64,000 nt of DNA from NCBI GenBank assembly GCA_963422645.2, contig CAXXVO010000004.1:352001-416000 (forward strand). The letters are read 5' to 3'. The position numbers and the translations under genes were made by a program. The notes under the pieces were generated by a model that had not been told where the DNA came from, searched no databases, and saw nothing but the letters and a program-made list of their open reading frames with translations. This DNA comes from Alphaproteobacteria bacterium (GTDB lineage Bacteria; Pseudomonadota; Alphaproteobacteria; UBA828). Positions 40,007 to 51,343 of the stretch are shown here, piece by piece (the stretch's first letter is position 1; the number at the start of each line of letters is the position of its first letter).

Positions 40007-40998
40007 GTGCGCGCTTCCTGTCTCTGATTGGCACGGGCCGCTCGCATCATGCGCAGCAGCATCCCCTCGCGGAGCCCCCGATCGGCGACATCCAGCCGCC
40101 CCGCCGGGCAGGCGGCCATGACCGCATCCAGGATAGCGCATCCGGCGATCATCACGTCGCCCCGCCCGGGGCCGATGCAGGGCTGCGCCGCACGGGCCTC
40201 GTAGTCCTGATCGATGACCGTGTCGATCACCGCCCGAACGTCGTCGAACTCCAGCCTGAGGCCGTCTACCCGGTCCCGGTCATAGCGCGGCAGCCCGAGG
40301 TGGATGCCGGCGATGGTGGTGACGGTGCCGGATGTGCCGAGGAGCTGGACCGTGCCGGCGGCCGCTGCAGCAGAGATGTCATGAGGCTGCGCGAAGGAGC
40401 CGATCGCGGCCCCGATCTCGGCGACCATCGCGGCGTAGGACGCGCGAGCGACGCGGTCTCCGCCGTAGCGCTCCGCCAGCGTCACCACTCCGTGGCCGAC
40501 CGAGGTCCACGCTGCGAGCGCGGGCGGCTGGCCGTCATCGAGGCGGACCCAGATGAGCTCAGTGCTGCCGCCGCCGATATCGAGCAGCAGCACGTGCCGC
40601 ATCGTCCGGTCGAAGAGGGGCATGCAGCCGTCGAGGGCAAGCTGCACCTCCTCGGCCGGCGAGATGATCTCGATGGAGAGCCCGGTCTCCTGGTTGACGC
40701 GATCGATGAACGCCTGGCGGTTCTCGGCGCGCCGGCAGGCTTCGGTCGCCACCGCGCGGTAACTGCCGACGCTGCCCCGTCTCAACTTGCCTGCGCAGAC
40801 CCTGAGCGCGCTTATGGTCCGCTCGACTGCCTGCTCCGAGAGCCGGCCCGATTGCGCCACACCTTCGCCGAGCCGCACGATGCGGGAGAAGGCATCGACG
40901 ACACGAAAGCCCGCGCCCCTCGGCCGCGCGACGAGCAGCCGGCAGTTGTTCGTGCCGAGGTCGAGCGCGCCAAATGATGGGCCGGGCCGATCGCTCAC
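40003..40998 (-). CDS. ppx: Ppx/GppA phosphatase family protein
   Basis: ALDLGTNNCRL, VRLGEG, VATEACR, DIGGGSTE, GTSGTVTT, DRGLREG. Confidence 0.88.
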   Translation of the reverse strand: MSDRPGPSFGALDLGTNNCRLLVARPRGAGFRVVDAFSRIVRLGEGVAQSGRLSEQAVERTISALRVCAGKLRRGSVGSYRAVATEACRRAENRQAFIDRVNQETGLSIEIISPAEEVQLALDGCMPLFDRTMRHVLLLDIGGGSTELIWVRLDDGQPPALAAWTSVGHGVVTLAERYGGDRVARASYAAMVAEIGAAIGSFAQPHDISAAAAAGTVQLLGTSGTVTTIAGIHLGLPRYDRDRVDGLRLEFDDVRAVIDTVIDQDYEARAAQPCIGPGRGDVMIAGCAILDAVMAACPAGRLDVADRGLREGMLLRMMRAARANQRQEART

Positions 40999-41342
40999 TG
41001 TGCCTGCTCCGATTGCCGGGGCGCCCGCTCCCCGGCGCCGGCTCGGGCCGCATTACAGCGCGTGCGCTCCCGCCTGGCAACGCGCGGAGGGGCCGGCAGG
41101 GGAAGGAAGGCCGTCGCCCGGCGCGCACGCTCGGCTCCCGCGGCCTGCAACTCCCGGTTGCTCTGAGTCGCGTGCGTCGAGTGCCGGGTCAAGAACTTTC
41201 CGGAGCCCGCGAGTTGATCGTCCCCGGAGCGATGCGTATCGTGAAACGACAGATTAGCAAGACCGCAACGCAGCATCCCTTCGTCTTGTCCATCGACGAG
41301 ACTCGAGAGAGCGGGTGCCCGCGCATGGGAGGAGGAGCGAAG

Positions 41343-41723
41343 ATGCTCGACTATGCACACCTTAAAGACGAGGGCGGCCTCGAGCCGTGGCCGCCGCTGA
41401 ACGATCTGCCGTTCGCAGAGGTGCTCGAGGGAAGCCCGGAGCATTCGGGGCGTTTCGATCTCGGCGGTTTCGGCACGCGGACGATGGCGGGTATCTGGCA
41501 ATGCACGCCGGGCAAGTTCGCCTACACCTATCCGGGCGACGAGATTTGCACGTTGCTGGCCGGCAAGATACGGGTGACCGAGCAGGACGGCACGGCCCAC
41601 ACCTATAGCGCCGGCGATATCTTCTACACGTCGAAGGGCGAGCAGGTGACCTGGGAAGTCCTGGAGACTGTGCGCAAGGTCTTCTTCATTCACGACCCCG
41701 AGGCCGAGCAGCTCGCAGCGTGA
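41343..41723 (+). CDS. Cupin domain protein (EutQ/DUF861-like)
   Basis: GIWQCTPG, DEICTLLAG, W.V.ETVRKVF. RBS GGAGGAGG upstream. Confidence 0.82.
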   Translation: MLDYAHLKDEGGLEPWPPLNDLPFAEVLEGSPEHSGRFDLGGFGTRTMAGIWQCTPGKFAYTYPGDEICTLLAGKIRVTEQDGTAHTYSAGDIFYTSKGEQVTWEVLETVRKVFFIHDPEAEQLAA

Positions 41724-41879
41724 GCGGCGGCTTCTCGACCGGGTGGAGACGCGCCTCGCGCACGTTGTCGGCCGAATAGTGCCGTGCTGGCCTCGGCCTG
41801 GCGAGACGTCCGGGCGAGAACCGCGCGACGATCGGTTGACACGGCCGCCCCATGCCATAATTGTCGGGCGTAGCACTGC

Positions 41880-41953
41880 TGGGGGATAGTCTAACGGTAG
41901 GACAGCGGACTCTGACTCCGTAGGTCCAGGTTCGAATCCTGGTCCCCCAGCCA
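41880..41953 (+). tRNA. tRNA-Gln (anticodon CTG)
   Basis: Acceptor stem TGGGGGA/TCCCCCA, anticodon arm GCGGA-CTCTGAC-TCCGT, T-loop GGTTCGAATCC, encoded CCA end. Confidence 0.97.
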
Positions 41954-42003
41954 TCTCTTCCGCCCGGCCCGGCCGGGCGATTTGATTCCGCGAGGCCCGG
42001 CGC

Positions 42004-43101
42004 TCAGCCGTGTGTGCGGGTCTTGTCCGGATCGTAGAAGGGAATCCGGGAGACCGTCACCGCACACTGCATCGTCTCGCCCTCGAGCGCGAGCCGCGTG
42101 CCCTCGGCCGCCGCGTGGGGAGCCACGTGGCAAAGCGCGAGGGACTTCTGCATCCGGTGCGACCAGCCCGGGCTGTTGACGACGCCGACCTTCTCGCCGT
42201 CGAGGGTGAGCGCGGCGCCGGCGTCGACGGCGTCGGCGTGGTCGGCGACGATACCGACCATGAGGACCTTCTCCTGCCCCTTGCGGGCGAAGACCGCCTC
42301 CTTGCCGAGAAAATCGCCCTTCTTGCGCGAGACCGCCCAGCCCATGGTCACCTCCCAGGGCGTGTTCACCTCGGTCATGTCGTAGGGATAGAAGAGCAGC
42401 CCCGCCTCAATCCTTATCTTGTCAAGGCAGGTGAAGGAGCAGGGCACGATGCCGGCGCTCTCGCCCTCGCTGAGGATCGTCTCCCAGAGCGGCACCACGT
42501 GCTCGGCGGTGGCGAAAATCTCGTAGCCGCGCTCGCCGGAATAGCCGGTCCGCGAAATCAGCGCCGGCCGGCCGAAGAGCGTGGTTTCAGCCTGGTGGAA
42601 ATAGTCGAGCGCGGGCAGGTCGATCGGCGTGTGCTGGTCGAGGAAGCCCACCGACGCCGGCCCCTGTAGCGAGATGTCGTGCAGATCGTGGTCGAAGGCG
42701 ACACTCACCTGCTTGCCCTCGGCACTCTCCTGCAGCCTCTCCAGCCCCGCGCCCGCGCCGTGGACGAAAAGACAATCATCTTCTGCGATGTTGAAGATGA
42801 TGACGTCGTCGCAGATGCCGCCATCATCCTGCAGGATCGGTCCATAAGCTGAGCGCCCGACCGGAATGCGTGACATGTCACGGGTGACGACATGATCGCA
42901 GACCGCCGCGGCGTCGCGCCCGCGCACGCGAACCTTCTTGAGCCCCGAGACGTCGAAGAGGCCCGCGCGCTCCCGCACCGCGTCGTGCTCGTCGCAGGGG
43001 TCCGAGTGGTAGGTCCACGGCGCCCCCATGCCGTTCCAGTCCTCGAGGTTGGAGCCGAGCGCCCGATGGTGCGCGGCCAGTGCCGATTCACGTGTGGTCA
43101 T
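42004..43101 (-). CDS. GcvT-like THF-dependent aminomethyltransferase family protein
   Basis: AVRERAGLFDVS, LQGP, SRTGYSGERGYEI, RIEAGL, PFYDP.K.R. Confidence 0.9.
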   Translation of the reverse strand: MTTRESALAAHHRALGSNLEDWNGMGAPWTYHSDPCDEHDAVRERAGLFDVSGLKKVRVRGRDAAAVCDHVVTRDMSRIPVGRSAYGPILQDDGGICDDVIIFNIAEDDCLFVHGAGAGLERLQESAEGKQVSVAFDHDLHDISLQGPASVGFLDQHTPIDLPALDYFHQAETTLFGRPALISRTGYSGERGYEIFATAEHVVPLWETILSEGESAGIVPCSFTCLDKIRIEAGLLFYPYDMTEVNTPWEVTMGWAVSRKKGDFLGKEAVFARKGQEKVLMVGIVADHADAVDAGAALTLDGEKVGVVNSPGWSHRMQKSLALCHVAPHAAAEGTRLALEGETMQCAVTVSRIPFYDPDKTRTHG

Positions 43102-43121
43102 GGGCAGACTCCCTTTCTTAT

Positions 43122-45491
<2,370 letters not shown>

Positions 45492-45657
45492 TCATCGCAT
45501 CGCCCCTCCATGCCGCGCCTGGCATTGTCGGCCGGCCGACAATGGGGAAATGGCATACCGTTGCTGAAACTGCATGGTCTGCGATGCAGGATAGCACAGT
45601 GGATACGTGGCCGGTAGACGATTGACTGCCAGTGCCGGGATCAAATCAACGAACATT

Positions 45658-45712
45658 TGATTGGTAGTACCAAATAGTCATCTCCCTCTGCTCTGATTGG
45701 TCCAACCAAATA
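45658..45712. promoter_or_regulatory. Two GntR/FadR-type operator palindromes
   Basis: TGATTGGTAGTACCAAATA (45658-45676) and TGATTGGTCCAACCAAATA (45694-45712), core TTGGT-N3-ACCAA, in the divergent tmd/SBP promoter region. Confidence 0.75.
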
Positions 45713-45879
45713 CTCGTATTTACGTGCTTAATTGTCGGCCGGTCTTGACTCGGATCAATGATCCCGAATACGGTTTGTTCGATGATTGCGCAAGAGAAGC
45801 GTAATCGCTTCGGCTGCCCCGGCGGACAGCGCCTCGCCAAGGCGCCCCGCGCAGCCGCACCCAACAGGGAGACCACATT

Positions 45880-47151
45880 ATGGGCAAGAAGGGACTTACA
45901 CGCAGGCAATTCACGGGAACGGCTGCGGCCGCGGCCGGCGCCGTTGCCGCGTCGTCGATCGGTGCCCCCTACGTCGCGCGGGCTGCCGAGAAGGTGGTGA
46001 AGCTCGGCTTCCTGGGGCCACTCACCGGCGAAGTCGCAGGCTGGGCCCTGCCGGGCCGCAATGCTTGCCTGATTTGGGCCGAGCAGGTCAACGCGGCCGG
46101 CGGCGTCAAGATCGGCGACGACAACTATATGGTCGAGATCGTCTCCTACGACGACGAGTATCTGGCCGACAAGGGACTGATCGGTGCCAAGAAGCTGGTG
46201 CTCGAGGACGAGGTCAAGATGATCATGATGCTGGGCGGCACCGACGCGCCGGCAGCCGTGCAATTCTTCACCAAACAGGAGATGCTGTCGACCACGTTGC
46301 TGCCGAGCGATCTCACCCCGGACACGCTCTATCACCTGGCGCCCGCCGAGGTGCATCCGCTCTACAACGTGACCGGCGTCGAGTGGCTGGCGGAGAACCG
46401 GCCGGAGCTCAAGACCGCGGCAATCTGTGCCCAGGACGACGAGCTCGGGTGGCCCTCGGTCGCGACCTATCTGGCTTCGTTCGAGGCGGCAGGCATCGAC
46501 GTCGTCTACAACAAGTACTTCGACATCAACACCACCGACTTCGCACCGGTGGTAACCGCGATGCTGGCCGAGAATCCTGACATCGTGTGCCTCGACACGG
46601 CCTATCCGGACTTCGTCAACCTGCTCTGCGAGCAACTGTTTCTGCAGGGCTACGACGGGCAAATCATCTCCTGCACCCTCGATTTCTACGGGCGGATAAT
46701 CGAGAAAACGAGCAAGGAATTCCTCGAGGGTCTGGTTTTCCAGTTCCCGGATTTCGACGACGCGGCGATGAACGAACCGCACATCAACTTCGACAACCCC
46801 AACGAGTTCTTCGCCAACTACAACGAGCGCTTCCCGGACGCTTGGAGCGCGGTGACCTGGGAGTATCCCGCGATCGCCGAGATGTGGAAATCGGCGGCCG
46901 AGACGGCCGGCAGCGTCGAGCCAATGGACGTGTTCGCGGCGCTGAAGGAAGGCGGGCGCGGCCCCCATGTCTTCGGCGACGCCGCCTGGTGGGGCAGCGA
47001 GCTTTACGGGATCGACAACGCACTGGTCGGCAACTGGCCGGTGGTTCAAATCCAGGACGGCAAAGCCACGATCGTCGATTACCGCAATATCCTCGACTGG
47101 TATGGGAAGCACGGCGATCTGTTGATCAAGCATACCGAAGAGCAAGGCTAA
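45880..47151 (+). CDS. Branched-chain amino acid-type (HAAT) ABC transporter substrate-binding protein with a Tat-like signal
   Basis: TRRQF signal, KLGFLGPLTG, VNAAGGV, YDDEY, DFAPVVT. Confidence 0.88.
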   Translation: MGKKGLTRRQFTGTAAAAAGAVAASSIGAPYVARAAEKVVKLGFLGPLTGEVAGWALPGRNACLIWAEQVNAAGGVKIGDDNYMVEIVSYDDEYLADKGLIGAKKLVLEDEVKMIMMLGGTDAPAAVQFFTKQEMLSTTLLPSDLTPDTLYHLAPAEVHPLYNVTGVEWLAENRPELKTAAICAQDDELGWPSVATYLASFEAAGIDVVYNKYFDINTTDFAPVVTAMLAENPDIVCLDTAYPDFVNLLCEQLFLQGYDGQIISCTLDFYGRIIEKTSKEFLEGLVFQFPDFDDAAMNEPHINFDNPNEFFANYNERFPDAWSAVTWEYPAIAEMWKSAAETAGSVEPMDVFAALKEGGRGPHVFGDAAWWGSELYGIDNALVGNWPVVQIQDGKATIVDYRNILDWYGKHGDLLIKHTEEQG

Positions 47152-47223
47152 CCCTGGAGCCTTCGGTATCGATCACGTTATGACGCGGCGGGTCCGTCAG
47201 CAGCACGGACCGCCGCCAGGGAA

Positions 47224-47252
47224 AGCCGGGGCCGTGCGGCCCCGGCTCTTCT
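47224..47252 (+). terminator. Stem-loop downstream of the SBP gene (terminator or intercistronic stabiliser)
   Basis: AGCCGGGGCC-GTGC-GGCCCCGGCT followed by CTTCT. Confidence 0.6.
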
Positions 47253-47350
47253 GTCGTAGGATTTGTCTCCCTATGAGCGGACGCCCCATCCGACCCGGCG
47301 CGCCGGCGGGCAGGGGGCGTGTGACCAGCACCTGACCTGCGCGGGGGACC

Positions 47351-48226
47351 GTGGATACTGTCGTTCAGACGCTGGTGAACGCTCTGATGCAGAGCAGCTT
47401 CGTCGCGCTGATGGCGGTGGGCCTGGTTCTCATCTTCGGCGTCATGCGGGTCATCAATTTCGCCCATGGCGAGTTCTATATGGCCGGCGCCTATGTCGTG
47501 TTCTGGCTCTATGCCCAGCACGACCTGCCCTTCTTCGGGGCCGTCGTGGCAGCGATGCTCATCGTCGGCATCATCGGGCTGATCATAGAGCAGTTCCTGT
47601 TCAAGCCGATGCGGAACAATCCGCTCGGCGGGCTGATCATGTCGATCGGCGTGCTCTTCATCCTCCAGGTGCTGGCGTCCGTCACCTTCGGCGTCGGCTT
47701 GATGAAGCACATCCCGCCTCTCTATCCCGGGGCGACGCACGTTTTCGGCTTGGAGGGTGCCTTGGTGCCGTGGCAGCGGCTCGTCGCCTTCGGCATTGCG
47801 GTCGTGCTGCTGATCGGGTTCTGGCTCTTCCTCAAGCGCACGCGCCTCGGCTGGGCGCTCCGCGCCTGTGCGCAGGACCGCGAAGCGGCGGCGCTGCAGG
47901 GGATGTCGATCAACAAGCTGGCGCTGCTGGCGATGGGGCTCGGCGCCGGCATGGCGGGTGCCGCCGGTGCGATCATGGCGCCGCTGGTACGGGTCTACCC
48001 CTATATCGGCGGCCCGGTGATCGTGACCGCCTTCATCGTTATCATCGTGGGCGGCATCGGCAGCCTCGAAGGCGCCGTGCTGGCCGCCGTGCTCTACACC
48101 TTCTTTCACACCTTCGTCGCCACCTATCTCGATGGCACCATCGCAAGCATTCTCGGCCTCCTCCTGATGCTGGTCGTGCTGACCGTGCGGCCCGCCGGCC
48201 TCCTGGGTAAGGGTGAGAAGGTCTAG
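47351..48226 (+). CDS. LivH-like ABC permease
   Basis: GLVLIFGVMRVINFAHGE, RACAQD, IIVGGIGS, RPAGL. Confidence 0.92.
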   Translation: MDTVVQTLVNALMQSSFVALMAVGLVLIFGVMRVINFAHGEFYMAGAYVVFWLYAQHDLPFFGAVVAAMLIVGIIGLIIEQFLFKPMRNNPLGGLIMSIGVLFILQVLASVTFGVGLMKHIPPLYPGATHVFGLEGALVPWQRLVAFGIAVVLLIGFWLFLKRTRLGWALRACAQDREAAALQGMSINKLALLAMGLGAGMAGAAGAIMAPLVRVYPYIGGPVIVTAFIVIIVGGIGSLEGAVLAAVLYTFFHTFVATYLDGTIASILGLLLMLVVLTVRPAGLLGKGEKV

Positions 48227-49256
48227 CCACCTCTGGGCGACCGGCGGTGGCCTCGCGGCGCTGCTGGCCGTCTTCTGCGCGCTGCCCTTCCTGGTCGCGC
48301 TCTACCGCCTCGACATCCTGATATTCATGCTGATCAACGTGATCCTGGCGGTGAGCTACCGCTTCCTCACGCTGGCAGGGGAGTATTCGCTCGGTCACGT
48401 GGTGATGATGGGGGTGGGCGCCTACGGCAGCGCGCTCGCCACCAAGGAGGCGGGGCTCTCGGTCTGGCTCGCGGCGCCGCTGGCGGCGGCGTTCACCGGC
48501 CTCCTCGCGCTGCTGCTGGCCTTCCCGCTCTTCCGCATGAAGGGCTTCTACTTCCTGATCGGCTCGTTTGCCGCGGGCGAGGCGATCCGCCTCACCTGGA
48601 ACCGCTTCCGCGATCCCTTCGGAGGACCCGGCGGCATCGTGTACATTCCTTCGCCGGAGATACCGCTGCCCGTCCTCGGGACCTTCGATGTCGCGGCGGA
48701 CCCCATCGCCTATTACTTCTTCACGCTCGCGATCGTCGTCATCACCATCGTCATCTTCTACCGGCTGGAGCGGTCGCGCTTCGGCCTCACGCTGCACGCG
48801 ATCCATTGGCAGGACGTGCTGGCCGAATCGGTCGGCGTGCACATCTGGTGGTACAAGACCTTCGCGCTCGTGGTGGCGTCGGCCTTCGCTGGGCTCGCTG
48901 GCGCGCTCCTCGGCCACTATCTCGGCACCGTCAACCCGACCCAGTTCAACCTGCACATCATGCTCTTCGTGCTGGTCTGGGTGATCGTCGGCGGCACGCG
49001 GACCATTGCCGGCCCCATCATAGGCGTCGTGGTGCTGACCGTCGTCGACCAGGGGCTGCGCAGCCTCGAGGAATGGCGGCCGCTGTTCTACGGCGCGATC
49101 CTGATCCTCACCGTGATGTTCCTGCCCGATGGGCTGGAGAGCCTGCCACGGCGCGCCAAGGAGTGGTGGGAGCTTGCGCGGGACTGGCGCAAACCGCCGG
49201 TCATCGACGACGAAGACACACCGGAGTCAGATAAACCGCCGCCTCGAGACGCCTGA
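48213..49256 (+). CDS. LivM-like ABC permease
   Basis: AGEYSLGH, GGPGG, AGLAGAL, VGG.RT..GP, FLPDGL. Start position uncertain. Confidence 0.9.
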   Translation: MRRSSHLWATGGGLAALLAVFCALPFLVALYRLDILIFMLINVILAVSYRFLTLAGEYSLGHVVMMGVGAYGSALATKEAGLSVWLAAPLAAAFTGLLALLLAFPLFRMKGFYFLIGSFAAGEAIRLTWNRFRDPFGGPGGIVYIPSPEIPLPVLGTFDVAADPIAYYFFTLAIVVITIVIFYRLERSRFGLTLHAIHWQDVLAESVGVHIWWYKTFALVVASAFAGLAGALLGHYLGTVNPTQFNLHIMLFVLVWVIVGGTRTIAGPIIGVVVLTVVDQGLRSLEEWRPLFYGAILILTVMFLPDGLESLPRRAKEWWELARDWRKPPVIDDEDTPESDKPPPRDA

Positions 49257-49941
49257 GATCCGAGGGCGCGCTGCCGTCCGCAACGGCGCTAAGACGCTCG
49301 GGCCCGAAGCGCACCGGGTCGCGCTCGATTGCTTCGGCCTTGCTCAGGGCGCCCAGCGTGGCTGCTTCGTCACCGGTCTCTTGTCTAAGCGCCGCGAGCG
49401 CGCGCCAGATCGCCGCTTGGTCCGCGTCGCGCCAGCCGAGCCCCGCCGCCCGCTTCTCCTGTGCCTCTTCGAGTGCGGCTTCCGGGTTGCGTGCGAGATG
49501 GGCGACACCGGCGAGCGCCGCCGCCCGCCCGACGCCGAGCAGCTTGGCGCACTCGGCGCGGGCGAGCGCGTCGTAGCTGCGCCGATGCTTCTGCTCGAGC
49601 CTCAGATGGAAGCCCGAGCTGCGCGCGCGCTGGCCGACGCTCATGCGCGCAACCCAGGTGTCCGCCGCCTCCCACGCCTGGAGCGCCCGGCGGAAGGCCC
49701 GACGCGCCTTCGTGGCCTCGCCCGACGCGGCGTGGCAGAGGGCGAGGTGTGTGCGGCTCGCTGCCCGGCGCGGATCGGCCACGTCGAAGGCCCTGGCGAT
49801 TGCGGCGGCGGAGCGCCAGGCGGCATAGGCCTCCTCCACGCGGCCCGCTTCGAACGCCGCGAGACCGTCGCGGACCCGGGCTTCCCAGCGCTGCTCGGCG
49901 CTGGGTAGAGCGCGCCCGCCCTTCGTGCGCTCGGTCGCCAT
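49201..49941 (-). CDS. Hypothetical protein with an N-terminal TPR-like helical region
   Basis: Ala-rich helices (DPRRAAS..LA...G...A) and RARSSGFHLRLE. Start lies 3 bp after the LytTR stop. Confidence 0.6.
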   Translation of the reverse strand: MATERTKGGRALPSAEQRWEARVRDGLAAFEAGRVEEAYAAWRSAAAIARAFDVADPRRAASRTHLALCHAASGEATKARRAFRRALQAWEAADTWVARMSVGQRARSSGFHLRLEQKHRRSYDALARAECAKLLGVGRAAALAGVAHLARNPEAALEEAQEKRAAGLGWRDADQAAIWRALAALRQETGDEAATLGALSKAEAIERDPVRFGPERLSAVADGSAPSDLRRLEAAVYLTPVCLRRR

Positions 49942-49944
49942 CGA

Positions 49945-50760
49945 TTACACCAGGCCTGCGGCGCGGACCGCGGCCATGTAGGTGCGGCTCACCGGCACCT
50001 CGTGGCCGCCGGCGAGGCGCAGCGTGGTTCGGCCCTCACGGCGCTCGGCGCCCTCCACATGGCGGCGCGCGACCCAGTAGGAGCGATGCACCCGGAGCCC
50101 GCCCGCGCCGTCGAGCTCGGCGACGGCGTCCGCGAAGCGCATCAGCACCAGGGTGGAGCCCGCCGTGGTGAAGGCCTCGACATAGTGATCGGCGGTTTTG
50201 AGGTAGACCAGGTCGCGGCCGAGCTTTTCCGGCAGGCGGTCGAGGAAGCGCGCGCCGGGCGCGGGGCCGGGCTGGGCACCTGACTCGCCGGCCTCCTCCG
50301 GGGCAGGTCCCGCGACGCTCCGCTCCGCGAGCCCGCGACGGGCTTCCATCACGGCGACCACCGCGAGCCCGATCACCAGCATCAGCACCGCCACCGAGAG
50401 GTAGATCATCGGTACGCCGACCGGCTCGGCATAACCGGGCCGGAAGAGCGCCTCAGCCGCGAACACGACGCCGGTGCCGGGCGCGGCGGCGACCGGTGCC
50501 GCTGCCGCCGTCACCAGCACGCGCCTCCGCAACGAGTGACCGCCGGCGGTGACCAGGGCCAGCATCATGATGCTGCCGCAGACCAGCCAGTTGCCGCCCA
50601 TCGCCACCGCCCAATAGCCGATGCGGTCGGACACGCCGAGCGAGTCGTAGGTGCCGAAAGGGCCGATGAAGGCGAACAACGCCACCAGAGCGACGAGCGC
50701 GACCGCCTGACCGGCCAGCGAGCGGCGCATTTCGCGAAGCGTGAACGGCGAATCCTGCAA
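49945..50760 (-). CDS. Membrane-anchored LytTR family regulator
   Basis: N-terminal TM region (IGPFGTY). C-terminal ADHYVE, LRVHRSYWV and VPVSRTY. Confidence 0.88.
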   Translation of the reverse strand: MQDSPFTLREMRRSLAGQAVALVALVALFAFIGPFGTYDSLGVSDRIGYWAVAMGGNWLVCGSIMMLALVTAGGHSLRRRVLVTAAAAPVAAAPGTGVVFAAEALFRPGYAEPVGVPMIYLSVAVLMLVIGLAVVAVMEARRGLAERSVAGPAPEEAGESGAQPGPAPGARFLDRLPEKLGRDLVYLKTADHYVEAFTTAGSTLVLMRFADAVAELDGAGGLRVHRSYWVARRHVEGAERREGRTTLRLAGGHEVPVSRTYMAAVRAAGLV

Positions 50761-50863
50761 TTCGCGAATATTCCCTTGGCGTTTGCGTATCGGACGGTGA
50801 CGCGCGGTGCGGGCCTGCCCACCCTGCGCCGGTCAGCCAACCCAACGCTTAGGAGAATATGTG

Positions 50864-51343
50864 ATGACCATCCAAACCGCATCCATCAAGGGCGTCGCAC
50901 TGGCGGCCACGTTCGCCTGTGCAGCCGCGCTCGCTTTCGGGGCCGCGGCGGCGGACCTCGAGGTCCGTATCGAGGGCCTGCGCTCGGCCGACGGCGACGT
51001 GCGCATCGCCCTGCACCGGCAGATGCAGAAGGCGGACTTTCCCGCTGATAAGGGCGTGGTCGGCGCGATCATGCGCCCCGCCGCCTCCGGCACGGTGCGC
51101 GTGATTTTCGCGGACGTGGCTCCCGGCGCCTACGCGGTGGCGGCCTTCCACGATGCCGACGGCGACGGCGCGCTCAACCAGAACATCGTGGGCATGCCGA
51201 TTGAGGGCTACGGCTTCTCCAACGGCGCGGTGGGCTTCATGGGCCCGCCCAACTTCGTGGATGCCGCGGTGATCGTGGACGAAGGTGAGGCGGCGCCGTC
51301 AGTCTCGGTGCCGATCGCCTATCCCGAGGGGGCCGGGCAATGA
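50864..51343 (+). CDS. DUF2141 family secreted protein
   Basis: Signal peptide, G.YAVAAFHDADGDG.L, GMPIEGYGFSN, GPPNF. Confidence 0.85.
   Translation: MTIQTASIKGVALAATFACAAALAFGAAAADLEVRIEGLRSADGDVRIALHRQMQKADFPADKGVVGAIMRPAASGTVRVIFADVAPGAYAVAAFHDADGDGALNQNIVGMPIEGYGFSNGAVGFMGPPNFVDAAVIVDEGEAAPSVSVPIAYPEGAGQ

Noticed and set aside
41880-41953. tRNA-Gln as an integration site for a genomic island
   Set aside because: No integrase and no duplicated tRNA 3' end were noticed in the window.
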